The translations under genes were made by a program, and so were the position numbers. A model generated the notes under the pieces. That model did no database searches. It had not been told where the DNA came from and saw only the letters and a program-made list of their open reading frames with translations. 64,000 nucleotides of DNA, taken from assembly GCA_043827025.1 (NCBI GenBank), contig JBDRPL010000019.1, positions 1-64,000 of the forward strand, read 5' to 3'. This DNA comes from Candidatus Micrarchaeota archaeon (lineage in GTDB: Archaea; Micrarchaeota; Micrarchaeia; Anstonellales; Bilamarchaeaceae). Numbering within the stretch: the first letter of the stretch is position 1; the number at the start of each line of letters is the position of its first letter. This document shows, piece after piece, positions 1 to 9,792 of the stretch.

Positions 1-1
1 G

Positions 2-184
2 TTTACAGTAAAGCTGGCAAAGGAAGATATACATGCAAAGATATATTTTTTCGATGAAAAAGTTGCTTTAGTTGGAAGTTCTAACCTTACTCGCAACGGT
101 TTTTTCGATTTCTATGAGATTGGAACAGTAATATTCGGTAAAGACTGTCAAAAAATCAAAATAATATTATGTCAAATGGTCTAG
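2..184 (+). CDS. Phospholipase D-superfamily (HKD) nuclease-like protein, C-terminal fragment (5' partial)
   Basis: Manual translation of frame +2: FTVKLAKEDIHAKIYFFDEKVALVGSSNLTRNGFFDFYEIG..., containing HxKxxxxD and GSxN; stop TAG at 182-184. Confidence 0.8.
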   Translation, partial: FTVKLAKEDIHAKIYFFDEKVALVGSSNLTRNGFFDFYEIGTVIFGKDCQKIKIILCQMV

Positions 185-193
185 GTGCAGTTT

Positions 194-697
194 ATGGAAT
201 ACCAGTACTATCCAAAGTCTGATGCAATTCCGGTACATTTAGAAAAAGTTGTTAATGTTTTTAGAAAAAACGCAGAAGTCATAAGTTCTGGAACTAACAA
301 ATTTTCGAGTGATCATGTCCTTTCATTATTAAAACCCGACTTGGAACAAGCAGGTTTTGATGTTGAGAGCGGAAAAAAATTCCTGGATAAGATAAACATT
401 CCAGTTCTTTATGGTAAGAACGGAATTTATGAGAAATCCTTTGATGTAGATGCTTTCCAAAAAATGTCAGGTACTGTACTTGAGATAGAAGCTGGAAGAG
501 CAGTTACAAACTACCAATTTCTCAAAGATTTTTTCTCTGCTTGTGTTATGTCTGAAGTTTATTACCTAGTAATTGCAGTAAGAAAAAAATATCGGGATAG
601 CCCAGATTTTGAACGAGTTTTAACATTTTTTGATACACTATATGCAAGCAAGCGATTGTCTCTCCCATTAAAAGGAATGTTGATAATAGGTTATTGA
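194..697 (+). CDS. Restriction-endonuclease-like PD-(D/E)xK protein
   Basis: FDVDAF...VLEIEAGRAVTNYQFLKD resembles the D..ExE core of BglII/BstYI-like nucleases; ATG at 194 follows AGGTG. Confidence 0.55.
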   Translation: MEYQYYPKSDAIPVHLEKVVNVFRKNAEVISSGTNKFSSDHVLSLLKPDLEQAGFDVESGKKFLDKINIPVLYGKNGIYEKSFDVDAFQKMSGTVLEIEAGRAVTNYQFLKDFFSACVMSEVYYLVIAVRKKYRDSPDFERVLTFFDTLYASKRLSLPLKGMLIIGY

Positions 698-789
698 TTC
701 CGCAATTTTTAAAATGACCGTGATAGGAAAGGCAAACGGCACAATCTCTTTAAGTCTGTCTTAGGATTTTTCATATATGCATCTACTCT

Positions 790-1827
790 TCAAACCTTTT
801 CCTGCATCTTCCTCACCTTCTCTAACAGATCGTCGTTCTGTGCCTTGTCTATGCCTTCATACAGTTCCTGTTTCTCTGTGTGTATGTAAACCATTGTGCT
901 CTGCAGGCTGTTGTGCCTTGCGAATTTGCTTGACAGCATTACATTCCCCCCGTTCTTCCTGCAGAAGTTCGTTATCGCGTAGTGCCGCAAACTGTGGGGA
1001 CTGAGCCGGTAAAGGTTCCTTGGGCTGGAGCCTGAGCTGTAGGCATACGTCTCCTGCAGTTTTGCCTTTCTTGCGTAGTCGCGGAACAGGCCGCGGACTG
1101 TTTCACTGCTAAGGTGGTTTTCTGTTCCCTGTTTTCGGTTTCCAGAACTTAGGGAAAAGAACAGGAAGCCTCCTGCCTTTGCTACTTCTGTTTCATAGCT
1201 GTTTATGTACTGGATGGTGGCATCAAACAGCTTCTGAGGCATCAGAAGATAATCAGTCTTTCCGCTTTTCTCTGTCTCTATCCTCAAATCCCTGTTCTTC
1301 AGGTTCAGGTCTTTTATGTTGATCCTTATGGCCTCGCCAATCCTTAACCCAAGAATTGCCTGGAAGCTGAAAAGCAAATGCATCTTATGGTCATCTATAA
1401 CGCTGAAAAACCGCTCCAGCTCTTCATTAGTGAAGCCTTTGTTCATTGATCCATACTTGGGAGTCTTTCTCCTAAGGAAACGGCATTTCCTTGCCTCTGA
1501 CAGCAATGCAATGGCCTTGACCAGGTTCCATTTTGTCAGGTAGCGACCCAGAAACCCAAGTTCAAGCTCTATCTGTTTCCAGTTTCCGGTTAACAGTTTT
1601 GAGATCTGTTTTGCTTTCCTGGAAGGTTGTGCTTTACTACAATCCGGGAACTGACAACCCAGAACGGAAAACCCACAGTTTTCATTCCTGGAAACTGACA
1701 ACCGTAAACCGACAACCTGCCCCTCGGTTCCCTCAGGGCCCAATTTCCCTTGTTCTGTGTTTTGTGTCCAGAGTCTTGGCAGAGTGGAAATTGGGCTGAT
1801 TTGACCGAAGGTCAAACTGAGGCCCAA
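790..1827 (-). CDS. Tyrosine recombinase/integrase (true start probably downstream of 1827)
   Basis: GLRIGE, K (EKSGK), HSLRH, ARH and TMVY give the full R-K-H-R-H-Y catalytic set. Confidence 0.9.
   Translation of the reverse strand: MGLSLTFGQISPISTLPRLWTQNTEQGKLGPEGTEGQVVGLRLSVSRNENCGFSVLGCQFPDCSKAQPSRKAKQISKLLTGNWKQIELELGFLGRYLTKWNLVKAIALLSEARKCRFLRRKTPKYGSMNKGFTNEELERFFSVIDDHKMHLLFSFQAILGLRIGEAIRINIKDLNLKNRDLRIETEKSGKTDYLLMPQKLFDATIQYINSYETEVAKAGGFLFFSLSSGNRKQGTENHLSSETVRGLFRDYARKAKLQETYAYSSGSSPRNLYRLSPHSLRHYAITNFCRKNGGNVMLSSKFARHNSLQSTMVYIHTEKQELYEGIDKAQNDDLLEKVRKMQEKV
1649..1717 (+). repeat. Three 11-bp direct repeats AAC(T/C)GACAACC
   Basis: Copies at 1649-1659, 1693-1703 and 1707-1717. 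Confidence 0.75.
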
Positions 1828-1941
1828 TAAAGTATTATTGTCTCCAGTTTTCAGTTCTCTGTTTCCTATTTTCGGTGGGGGTCCCCTAACTAAACCATAA
1901 TCTACTTATTCTTTCTCTGTTTATCTTTTTTGGTGAAATTT

Positions 1942-2793
1942 ATGAAATCCCTATTATGTTTAGGAATTGTCTTTGTACTCATGTTCGGATGTTTGGGGAA
2001 TAATCCTGTGAATTCTGAAATAAAGTTTACTGAAGAGCAAAGCCAAGAACTGGCATTGCAATCTGTGAAGAATACTGCAGAATATAAACTAGGAGGAAAT
2101 GATCTGAAGCTGGTAGATTCACAATCCCTTAGCTGTCAATCTTGTTGGACTTTTGAATATTCGTTTGATGCAACAAACGAACTTGGAGGCACTTCTTATT
2201 TCAAAGCAACAGTCACAGTTACTAATGGAAAGGCAGGTTCTGTTGCAGTGGAAAGGATGATTGGTGGAGACACAGATGCACACGGTTGCATTGGCGCAGC
2301 AGGCTATGAATGGTGTGAAGTTAAACAAAAATGTATCAGAAGCTGGGAAGAAAACTGTACTACCATGCAATCACTTGAAGAACAAGCACTTTCCTTCTGC
2401 GGCCAACCAGATGTAGGCGAAGTTTACGTTTGTGGGGGATATGTGCGAGTGATAAGCACTCTCATGGGCGGTGGTTCAACATTTTACAAAGATGGACAGG
2501 AAGTGGTAAAGTGTCCTGTTGTTGGCCCTGATTCTGTCAGTGAGCAATGCAATCTTCTGCTCAATGGAAACAACTGCATTGAAACTCCAGTGGCTTGTCC
2601 GGAATTGATAGGCGGAGATAGGGATGAGCATGGCTGTATTCCTTCGGCAGGCTATTCCTGGTGTGAATCAGAACAGAAATGCTATAGGAGTTGGGAGGAA
2701 TCCTGCAGTTTTATTCCAGAATGTGCACCTTCGGAGATATGGTGTACGCCTTTGCAGAAGTGCTTCAAGCCATGGGAAGAGCAATGTAAATAA
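1942..2793 (+). CDS. Cys-rich lipoprotein with repeated GGDxDxHGCIxxAGYxWC modules
   Basis: Lipobox-like LMFGC; two full and one partial repeat; GGTGA before ATG 1942. Confidence 0.75.
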   Translation: MKSLLCLGIVFVLMFGCLGNNPVNSEIKFTEEQSQELALQSVKNTAEYKLGGNDLKLVDSQSLSCQSCWTFEYSFDATNELGGTSYFKATVTVTNGKAGSVAVERMIGGDTDAHGCIGAAGYEWCEVKQKCIRSWEENCTTMQSLEEQALSFCGQPDVGEVYVCGGYVRVISTLMGGGSTFYKDGQEVVKCPVVGPDSVSEQCNLLLNGNNCIETPVACPELIGGDRDEHGCIPSAGYSWCESEQKCYRSWEESCSFIPECAPSEIWCTPLQKCFKPWEEQCK

Positions 2794-2829
2794 TAATTTT
2801 CTTTTACATTCTAGTAAGAGGTTGTTGGT

Positions 2830-3213
2830 ATGGAAATATATCTATCTGAAGAAGAAAAGAAACAGTTGGAAGACATAAAGACGCTTTTGCTTGCAAAGAA
2901 ATACAAGGACGCTTTACTCGCAGTCCAGAAGATCGAAAAGCTTCTACAGGGCCCTCATGCAGCAATGATATTTGTCTACAAGGGAAAGGCATTGAAAGGC
3001 CTGAAGGATGACAAGGGCGCAGAAAATAGTTTAATGACTGCATTCAGTGTTGTCAACATGGCTCCTGAATCTGATACTTATGCCCAATTGATTAAAGCAG
3101 AGGCAGCAATACTGCTTGGCAAGAATGCAGAGGCCAAGAAAGCATACCAATTGGTTCTCAAGGGTGATGCAAGTAACAAGGAAGCTAAGGACTGGCTGAA
3201 GATACTTGGATAA
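2830..3213 (+). CDS. TPR-like helical repeat protein
   Basis: YKGKAL...AEAAILLGKNAEAKKAYQLVL pattern. Confidence 0.65.
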   Translation: MEIYLSEEEKKQLEDIKTLLLAKKYKDALLAVQKIEKLLQGPHAAMIFVYKGKALKGLKDDKGAENSLMTAFSVVNMAPESDTYAQLIKAEAAILLGKNAEAKKAYQLVLKGDASNKEAKDWLKILG

Positions 3214-3654
3214 TCAAATCCCTTCCGTCATTCTTTTCTCAGCCTTTTCAAGTATCTCTTTTGTACTAGGAAAAGACAGCAGTTCCATTGCTTTTTTGAA
3301 TGGAAGCCATTTCAGTTCGCTGTGTTCGTTGTCATTGCATTTGACTTCCGCCTGTTCGGTCTTTGCAAGGTAATATATGGATATTTTTGCCGTTTCTTCT
3401 CCAGCTCTTTCATAACTGTAGGCCAATTCTTCCTTATGCCCCGGTATGAATTCCAGTTTTGATATGTTTGTTTCCTCATATATCTCCCGCAATGCGGTAT
3501 CCTTAGGCCCTTTGTCCTTTGTCTTGTCAGGATGCCCCTTTGGGAATCCCCATTCTCCCCGTACATTCTTTACAAGCAGGTAAAGCCTTTTTCCTTCTTC
3601 TTCCCTGAAAATCACTGCGCCGAATGCGCTTTCTGTTTTTATGCTGTTCATCAA
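3214..3654 (-). CDS. NUDIX hydrolase (Ap4A hydrolase-like)
   Basis: WGFPKGH...ALREIYEET Nudix box. Confidence 0.9.
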   Translation of the reverse strand: MMNSIKTESAFGAVIFREEEGKRLYLLVKNVRGEWGFPKGHPDKTKDKGPKDTALREIYEETNISKLEFIPGHKEELAYSYERAGEETAKISIYYLAKTEQAEVKCNDNEHSELKWLPFKKAMELLSFPSTKEILEKAEKRMTEGI

Positions 3655-3702
3655 ACGAATTTACAGCTAATTTTTTTAATTGTTTACTTTTATTCTATCG
3701 AT

Positions 3703-4356
3703 ATGGGCCTCAAGGAGATTTATGGTGCACTGCTTTTCAGATATGGTTATCAGGGCTGGTGGCCAATAAGCGAGTCTGGAAGTTCTGAGTTTTCAGTTCC
3801 TAGTTTTCGTTATTATTCGAAGGATTATTCGCATCCAAAAAACGAAAAAGAACAGTTCGAAATCTGTATTGGTGCGTTATTGACTCAAAACACTAATTGG
3901 AATAATGTAACGAAAGCACTCGGAAATTTGATTCAAGATGATTATTTGGATTCGGAAAAAATAATTAAGTTGGAGGACGAAAAGTTGCAGCAGCTAATCA
4001 AATCATCTGGTTATTTTCGACAGAAATCCGAGAGAGTGAAGCTTTTTTCAAAAAGATGGGGCGAGGTTCTGGAGAATTCGAAACGGATGGAGAAGATGGA
4101 GTTCCGGGAGTTTCTCCTGTCGCTGAAGGGAATCGGAAAAGAAACAGCGGATTCGATGATGCTTTATGCGTTCAAGATTCCAATTTTTGTCATTGACGCG
4201 TACACAAGAAGGTTCTGCGTTCATCACAAACTATTCGATTCAACGAAACTGGATTATGATGTCTACAGAAATTATTTCGAGAAGAATCTGGAGAATGATT
4301 ACAAATTGTTCAACGAATATCATGCTTTGATCGTGCGCGATCAAAAATTGAAATGA
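3703..4356 (+). CDS. HhH-GPD DNA glycosylase (endonuclease III-related)
   Basis: GWWP, ICIGALLTQNTNWNNV, LKGIGKETADS, FVIDAYTRR; start reassigned to ATG 3703. Confidence 0.9.
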   Translation: MGLKEIYGALLFRYGYQGWWPISESGSSEFSVPSFRYYSKDYSHPKNEKEQFEICIGALLTQNTNWNNVTKALGNLIQDDYLDSEKIIKLEDEKLQQLIKSSGYFRQKSERVKLFSKRWGEVLENSKRMEKMEFREFLLSLKGIGKETADSMMLYAFKIPIFVIDAYTRRFCVHHKLFDSTKLDYDVYRNYFEKNLENDYKLFNEYHALIVRDQKLK

Positions 4357-4429
4357 ATGCATTTCAATGCACTTATTGTGGAATTGGGAAAGAACAACAA
4401 ATAAAAACTCTAAGCGTTTTATGTCAGTT

Positions 4430-5299
4430 ATGTTCTCAATCACTTTTCTTGGAACTTCTGCATCCGCTCCAACGCCAGAACGAGGCCTTCCATCCATTGC
4501 GCTTAACTATGAAGGCAACTTGTTCCTTTTTGATTGTGGTGAGGGTACGCAAAGGCAGATGATGAAATATAAAATCGGCTATGGAAGCATTGGTGCAATC
4601 TTTATTTCACACAGCCATCTGGATCATTATCTTGGGATATATGGCCTTATTGAAACACTTAATTTGAGTTCTCCGTCACCGAAGCCAATCAAACTATTCG
4701 CAAACGAATTGATGGAATCCAAATCGCTTTCTAAGAGAAAATTTGTGGATCGGCTCAACATAAAGAAGGGAAAAATCTATCGCGGAAAGAATTTCACAAT
4801 CACTGCGTTTCCTGTCACTCACACCGAGGATTCATTCGGCTTCATATTCCAGGAAGATGATAAAATCAAATTTCACGAGGAAAAGGCAAAGGGTATGGGT
4901 ATTCAGGGAATAATGTTCAGCGAAATCCAGAAGAAAGGATATGTGATAATAAAAAAGAAAAGAATTAAATTATCTGACGTAAGCTGGAAGAAACCAGGTA
5001 GAAAATTAGTTTATACTGGAGATACTGCCATCTGCAAGGAAGTTCTCAAGGCAGCGAAGGATGCTGATCTACTCATTCACGAGGCAACTTTTGATGAATC
5101 AAGAAAAGAAGAGGCAACTGAAAGAATGCATTCAACAGCAAAGGATGTTGCAGAGCTTGCTAAGAAGGCAAATGTCAAAGTATTGATGTTGACTCACATA
5201 AGCCCGAGATATTCAGATGTTTCATCATTGCTCAACGAGGCAAAGCCTATTTTCGAGAATGTTTTGATTGCAAAAGACGGAATGAAGTTCGATCTCTGA
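4430..5299 (+). CDS. rnz: Ribonuclease Z
   Basis: FLGTSASAPTPER, DCGEGTQRQ, HSHLDH, YTGDT, HEATF, HST, THISPRY. Confidence 0.95.
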   Translation: MFSITFLGTSASAPTPERGLPSIALNYEGNLFLFDCGEGTQRQMMKYKIGYGSIGAIFISHSHLDHYLGIYGLIETLNLSSPSPKPIKLFANELMESKSLSKRKFVDRLNIKKGKIYRGKNFTITAFPVTHTEDSFGFIFQEDDKIKFHEEKAKGMGIQGIMFSEIQKKGYVIIKKKRIKLSDVSWKKPGRKLVYTGDTAICKEVLKAAKDADLLIHEATFDESRKEEATERMHSTAKDVAELAKKANVKVLMLTHISPRYSDVSSLLNEAKPIFENVLIAKDGMKFDL

Positions 5300-5348
5300 T
5301 TTTTAGTTAAAACATATATTTATATCTACTACCATTCTATAATAATGC

Positions 5349-6281
5349 ATGAAACTAAGGCATTCGACAATAAAATTTCACCCTCAGCAAAAGGCAACAT
5401 CACTAAGTTCTGGCATAATTATCACTTCGGCAGTCGCAGCCTTTGCAGCATTTAGTTTATCTTTACCACCAGGCATTTTCCACAAACAAACATTTGACTT
5501 GTCTTTAATTCCGAGGGCAGTTGCAGCACAGGAAGCTACAAAAACAAATCCTCTTGCAATTACTTCGAAAGAACTTCGAGGTTATTTGGATCAGGCCAGA
5601 GAAATCACCGATCTGGTCGAGGTTTTGAGATTCGCTCACGAGGTTTTTAAGTTCAAAGGTGGCAAACTTGGCCTTAAGCCATCTGCAGAGAAATTCAGAA
5701 AGCCAAAGACTCCTGATGAGCTTGCAGAAGGGAAAAAGGGTGATTGCAGCGACGGTACATATGCGATCGTTGGATTCTTGGTCGCATTAGAGAAGAAAGA
5801 TATTGAGGTCGGCGCAATCTTCGGCCATGTCAAAGGCGCATCCGAGAACATAACACATATTGTTCCAGCAGCAAAGGTTGACGGTAAATTGATTATTATT
5901 GATCCATTCTCTTCATTCGGAAGAACAGTTGAATTCGACAGGCAGCAATTCCAGAAAGCAGAAGTTGTCGAAGGGAATTACTACCGTGAATTAGGAGATT
6001 ATCATAAGAAGCAGGGAAATGTCCAGAATGCAGTCGAAGCATATGGAAAAGCCTTTGAACGAAATTCAAAAGACGAAGAAGCGCGAGGGCAGGCAATAAA
6101 TCTTCTTTTTAGAGAATTCAACAGAGTTAGACAGAATCTGAAGCCGGAAAATCACGCCGCAGTTGACAAAGCAATCAAAATCCTCGACGAAATATTATTC
6201 TTCATATCCGAATCTGATGAGCAAAGACCTGCATTGGATAGCAATTTACAGACTTTGAAGAGCTGGGTTCAGGCAAGATGA
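5349..6281 (+). CDS. Transglutaminase-like (Cys-His-Asp) protein with N-terminal TM segment and C-terminal TPR
   Basis: KGDCSD...HIVPAA...IIIDP triad; YRELGDYH..GNVQNAVEAY TPR. Confidence 0.7.
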   Translation: MKLRHSTIKFHPQQKATSLSSGIIITSAVAAFAAFSLSLPPGIFHKQTFDLSLIPRAVAAQEATKTNPLAITSKELRGYLDQAREITDLVEVLRFAHEVFKFKGGKLGLKPSAEKFRKPKTPDELAEGKKGDCSDGTYAIVGFLVALEKKDIEVGAIFGHVKGASENITHIVPAAKVDGKLIIIDPFSSFGRTVEFDRQQFQKAEVVEGNYYRELGDYHKKQGNVQNAVEAYGKAFERNSKDEEARGQAINLLFREFNRVRQNLKPENHAAVDKAIKILDEILFFISESDEQRPALDSNLQTLKSWVQAR

Positions 6282-6486
6282 TCCTGGACGTAACCCTTTC
6301 ATAATTTTTTTTGTTTCATCCCATTAATTAAAATAAATTTGCATTAATTATCTTCTATTACAATATCCCACGAATCGAAAAATAAAAGATTATCGTCTAG
6401 ATTTTACTCGGATTTTTTTGAAAATTTAGGCGAATACGTCTAATGGCGTATGCGGTGTTCGTTTATTGCCATAGTTCATTCGGCTA

Positions 6487-6737
6487 TTTATAAATGGCGG
6501 TTTACAACAACCCCAAATGTTTATAAACCTTGTGTCAGACACTCTCTATAATTCCTAGCGAGTCTCCTCGCTATGAATAAGAAATCCGGTTTGGATTTCT
6601 GAATGGCCCTGTTCCCTGCGTTGGGAGCGAACAACCGTCATAGTCTTTATAAAAACGGGCCATCGAATACAGGCGGTGTAAATAAGTCGGGACAGACGTG
6701 TCCTGTAAGAAAACCCATAAAAAATCGAGGTGTATAA
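6487..6737 (+). promoter_or_regulatory. S-layer promoter and structured 5' leader of about 185 nt
   Basis: TTTATAAA at 6487 and 6520; four stem-loops within 6551-6707; GAGGTG at 6727-6732. Confidence 0.6.
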
Positions 6738-9641
6738 ATGAAAGTGAACTTAAGGAAAATTGGAGCAGTTGTTGCAGGAGCGACCATTTTGGCATCTTCT
6801 GTAGCATTTGCAGGATTGGTGTTTCAGAACACCCCATTGGTAAACCAAAACGGTGAACCACTCGTAAAAGTCGTAGTGGGACAAAGCGCAGCAGCATCAG
6901 ATGGTGTTGCAGCAGCAAACATCGCAGCAAAAATTTCAAGCGAGGCATTTAAGTCCTCAGTATTGACTGCGTCTGTTTCGGGTGAACCTACATGTGCAGC
7001 AGGTGGTGCAGGCGCAGGCGAGTGCACAGTTACTGATGAAAAAGTAAAATTGGAATTCACAGTACCAGGTGCATCAGCAGCAGGAACTTATGCAATAAGC
7101 AACCTGATCGGAGATGTGTTTGATAGAACACTTGAAGACAGGGGTTTGGGAGCAACTTCGGACTACAACTTTACGACTGCAGAAACTTCTTCGGAAGCAA
7201 ACCCATTCTCTAATGGTGCATCAACTACATTGGGTGGACAGACAACAGCGAATCTCTATAAGATAGATGGTTCCAAGTACACTCCTTTTGCAGATTATAC
7301 TGTAGAAGATAAGGATGCAGGAAAGACATATAAAGAAGAACAAATGCTTTGGATAAGAGCAGATACAAAATGGCAAACATCAAGTACACAGGTAGAAGGA
7401 AAATTGAAGAACATTATATATCAATTGAAATTCTACGACAGTGCAACAGGTAACTTTGGTTTGCCAGTCTGTTCGCAATCTGACTCAAACAACAGCTGGG
7501 CAACATGTTCAAGCACAGACTCAAACAGATTCTCAACACACAAAGTAAAGGTTAAATTTGGAGGATCTGACTGGGTAGTAACAAAGCTTGAAAACCCATC
7601 AATAAGAGCAGAGAACCTTACTGTATTACATATTGGTGGAGAAGTTGACCTTGCAAAAGAGTCTCTCTCAGGAATCGTAAACGTTGGAGATGTCTTAAAG
7701 GCACAAAGCGGATACTCTGTAAGACTTGACGACATTAAAGCAGGTACAACTGCTGCAGAACAATCTGCTATAGTTAGTATTTTGGACAGCAACGGAAACG
7801 TCTTGAAGCAGACAACAGTTGCTCCAGGTTCAACATCTTCGATAACTATCGGCTCAGACAAAATAATGGTACGTGTCTACAAAACAGCTCCTGGTTATAC
7901 CTACGGTGCAAAATGGGCAGACATGGCAATCATTCAAAACGAACTTTCTTTGAAAGATTCGCTCTACCCAGAAGTCAATGGAGACAACTCTTTGAACAAG
8001 GATGCAAACTGGAGAGTCAGGCTTGGTTGGAAAAAGAAGGAAACAGCTGCTTCAGCAGTAGATCCTTATAACTACTCTGACCACTTGAGAACTATTTTGA
8101 TCTACAAAGATACCTCATCAAATTATTTGTCTGAGGGTGAATATGTAGACATTATGGCAGATCCAGCATCATTGAGATTGACTTACAAAGGACTTGACCT
8201 TGATCCGTCAAGCTCAAGCGACTATGATACCCTTTCCATACAGGTAAGGAGATCAGAGGATTTCAGCTTTAGGACACAAGGAAACTCAACAACTGTTACT
8301 TTGGAAGCAACAACCAACATCTTTGATTCTTGGTTGGACATCTCATCCACAGTGGATGATGCATTTGCATCCAGTTCAGGAAGTGGTGCAAGATTGGCTG
8401 TATTGTTTGGTAACGGAACTGCAACCTATTATACGCATGGAGATACATATCGTTCAGGAATCTTTTCTCCATTCAATAGTACTGTAAATAGTACTGCAGA
8501 AATTGGATTCACACCTGGTAACTCAGCAGCATACGGTGATCCTAATGCCTTAAACTCTGGTGTTATCCTGTTGAAATTACAGGGAAGCGCAGGAGAATGG
8601 GTGCGTGTAGGAGATGCTACAAATGGTACAAAGGATGTCAGATATAAAGTTGCAGGTACTAGAGAAACAGTCAATGAATCTGGTGCACTCAGAATGGGTG
8701 GTTGTAATGCAGGATATTACTCCCAAATAGCTCACGAGGCTGACTTGCCATACTTTGACAAGGTTGGTTTAGCAGGTGCTAACTTCAGTAGCGGAGTAGC
8801 ATCAGGTGTTGCAACAAACAACTCTGTAACCTATTGTGTAGGTGTGAGTGAAGATGCAGGTGACAATTTGGCAGAAAGAAGACCAGATTTCTTTGCATTT
8901 GCTTACAACGTATCCAAGAAGGATCTGAACGTTGACCAGGGCTCTTATGCAAAGGATAAAGTGCTTGCAGGTGGCGTATATGTTGTATCTAACATTGCAA
9001 CAGCATATGAAACATATGATACCACAGTACAGGCATACAAGGTTGGTTTCGTAACAGAAAGAGGTTCTATCTTTGACTCTATCGACTCTGAAAATGCAGT
9101 CGTTAAGGTTGCAAAGAAACCTGCAAGAGCACAATTCCTCTTATCAGGAGTTGACTCAGACGTTACGTCCTCAACTGCAACACAGGTTTGGACTGGAGCA
9201 AAGGGAGATGAAACCACAATTGATGGCACAGGCGGAGTGAAGGTAAAAGTCGCAGACATTACCTACACACCAGGTAGCTGTTCAGTTGGCGGTGGGGCAA
9301 CTCCATCATGCACAGTTGACGAGAGCGGAATGTCGGCAGTTATATTGCCAGCAGGCACACCTACAGTAAATGCAGTGTTGCCTTATGGTTATACAAACTA
9401 CGCACCTCTTGTAGTCTTGGACTCAGAACTTACCTCTGATACAGTAGTAACTGTCGGAGGCCCAGTAGTCAACACAAAAACAAAAGAGTTGATGACTGGT
9501 GCAGCTGTAGTCCTTGATGCTGTTAATCCAACATTGGTTTGGGAAGCAGTACCTGGTAAGTCAATTGTAGTTGCAGGTTGGTCTGCAACAGACACTTTGG
9601 CAGCAACACAGAACTTTATCTCTCAATTGCAGAGCCAGTAA
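6738..9641 (+). CDS. S-layer protein (Methanococcales/Thermococcales-type N- and C-terminal domains)
   Basis: LRKIGAVVAGATILASSVAFA signal; VVVGQSAAASDGVAAANIAA; C-terminal VGGPVVN...IVVAGWSATDT; many N-x-S/T sequons. Confidence 0.9.
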   Translation: MKVNLRKIGAVVAGATILASSVAFAGLVFQNTPLVNQNGEPLVKVVVGQSAAASDGVAAANIAAKISSEAFKSSVLTASVSGEPTCAAGGAGAGECTVTDEKVKLEFTVPGASAAGTYAISNLIGDVFDRTLEDRGLGATSDYNFTTAETSSEANPFSNGASTTLGGQTTANLYKIDGSKYTPFADYTVEDKDAGKTYKEEQMLWIRADTKWQTSSTQVEGKLKNIIYQLKFYDSATGNFGLPVCSQSDSNNSWATCSSTDSNRFSTHKVKVKFGGSDWVVTKLENPSIRAENLTVLHIGGEVDLAKESLSGIVNVGDVLKAQSGYSVRLDDIKAGTTAAEQSAIVSILDSNGNVLKQTTVAPGSTSSITIGSDKIMVRVYKTAPGYTYGAKWADMAIIQNELSLKDSLYPEVNGDNSLNKDANWRVRLGWKKKETAASAVDPYNYSDHLRTILIYKDTSSNYLSEGEYVDIMADPASLRLTYKGLDLDPSSSSDYDTLSIQVRRSEDFSFRTQGNSTTVTLEATTNIFDSWLDISSTVDDAFASSSGSGARLAVLFGNGTATYYTHGDTYRSGIFSPFNSTVNSTAEIGFTPGNSAAYGDPNALNSGVILLKLQGSAGEWVRVGDATNGTKDVRYKVAGTRETVNESGALRMGGCNAGYYSQIAHEADLPYFDKVGLAGANFSSGVASGVATNNSVTYCVGVSEDAGDNLAERRPDFFAFAYNVSKKDLNVDQGSYAKDKVLAGGVYVVSNIATAYETYDTTVQAYKVGFVTERGSIFDSIDSENAVVKVAKKPARAQFLLSGVDSDVTSSTATQVWTGAKGDETTIDGTGGVKVKVADITYTPGSCSVGGGATPSCTVDESGMSAVILPAGTPTVNAVLPYGYTNYAPLVVLDSELTSDTVVTVGGPVVNTKTKELMTGAAVVLDAVNPTLVWEAVPGKSIVVAGWSATDTLAATQNFISQLQSQ

Positions 9642-9649
9642 AGTTCAAT

Positions 9650-9680
9650 CTTTTTTTCTTTTTATTTTCCTTTTTTATCT
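9650..9680 (+). terminator. Oligo-T terminator of the S-layer gene
   Basis: Several T tracts immediately after the stop codon. Confidence 0.6.
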
Positions 9681-9792
9681 AACAAACTATTCTTTTGAAT
9701 CTAAAGTCGTCATAATCTTGCCACTACTCCATAGAAACCTATTTATATCCCTTCTGGAATAATATCTGTTGTTATGGGGAATAGGGGAGTGT

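Larger units (their letters stand above)
1..1890. mobile_element. Right edge of a probable integrated element or defence island
   Basis: Integrase beside two nuclease-like genes at the boundary with housekeeping DNA; no att site identified. Confidence 0.5.

Noticed and set aside
6551..6710. SRP RNA or RNase P RNA
   Set aside because: It lacks the SRP helix-8 motif and the RNase P conserved regions, and runs straight into the S-layer ribosome-binding site.
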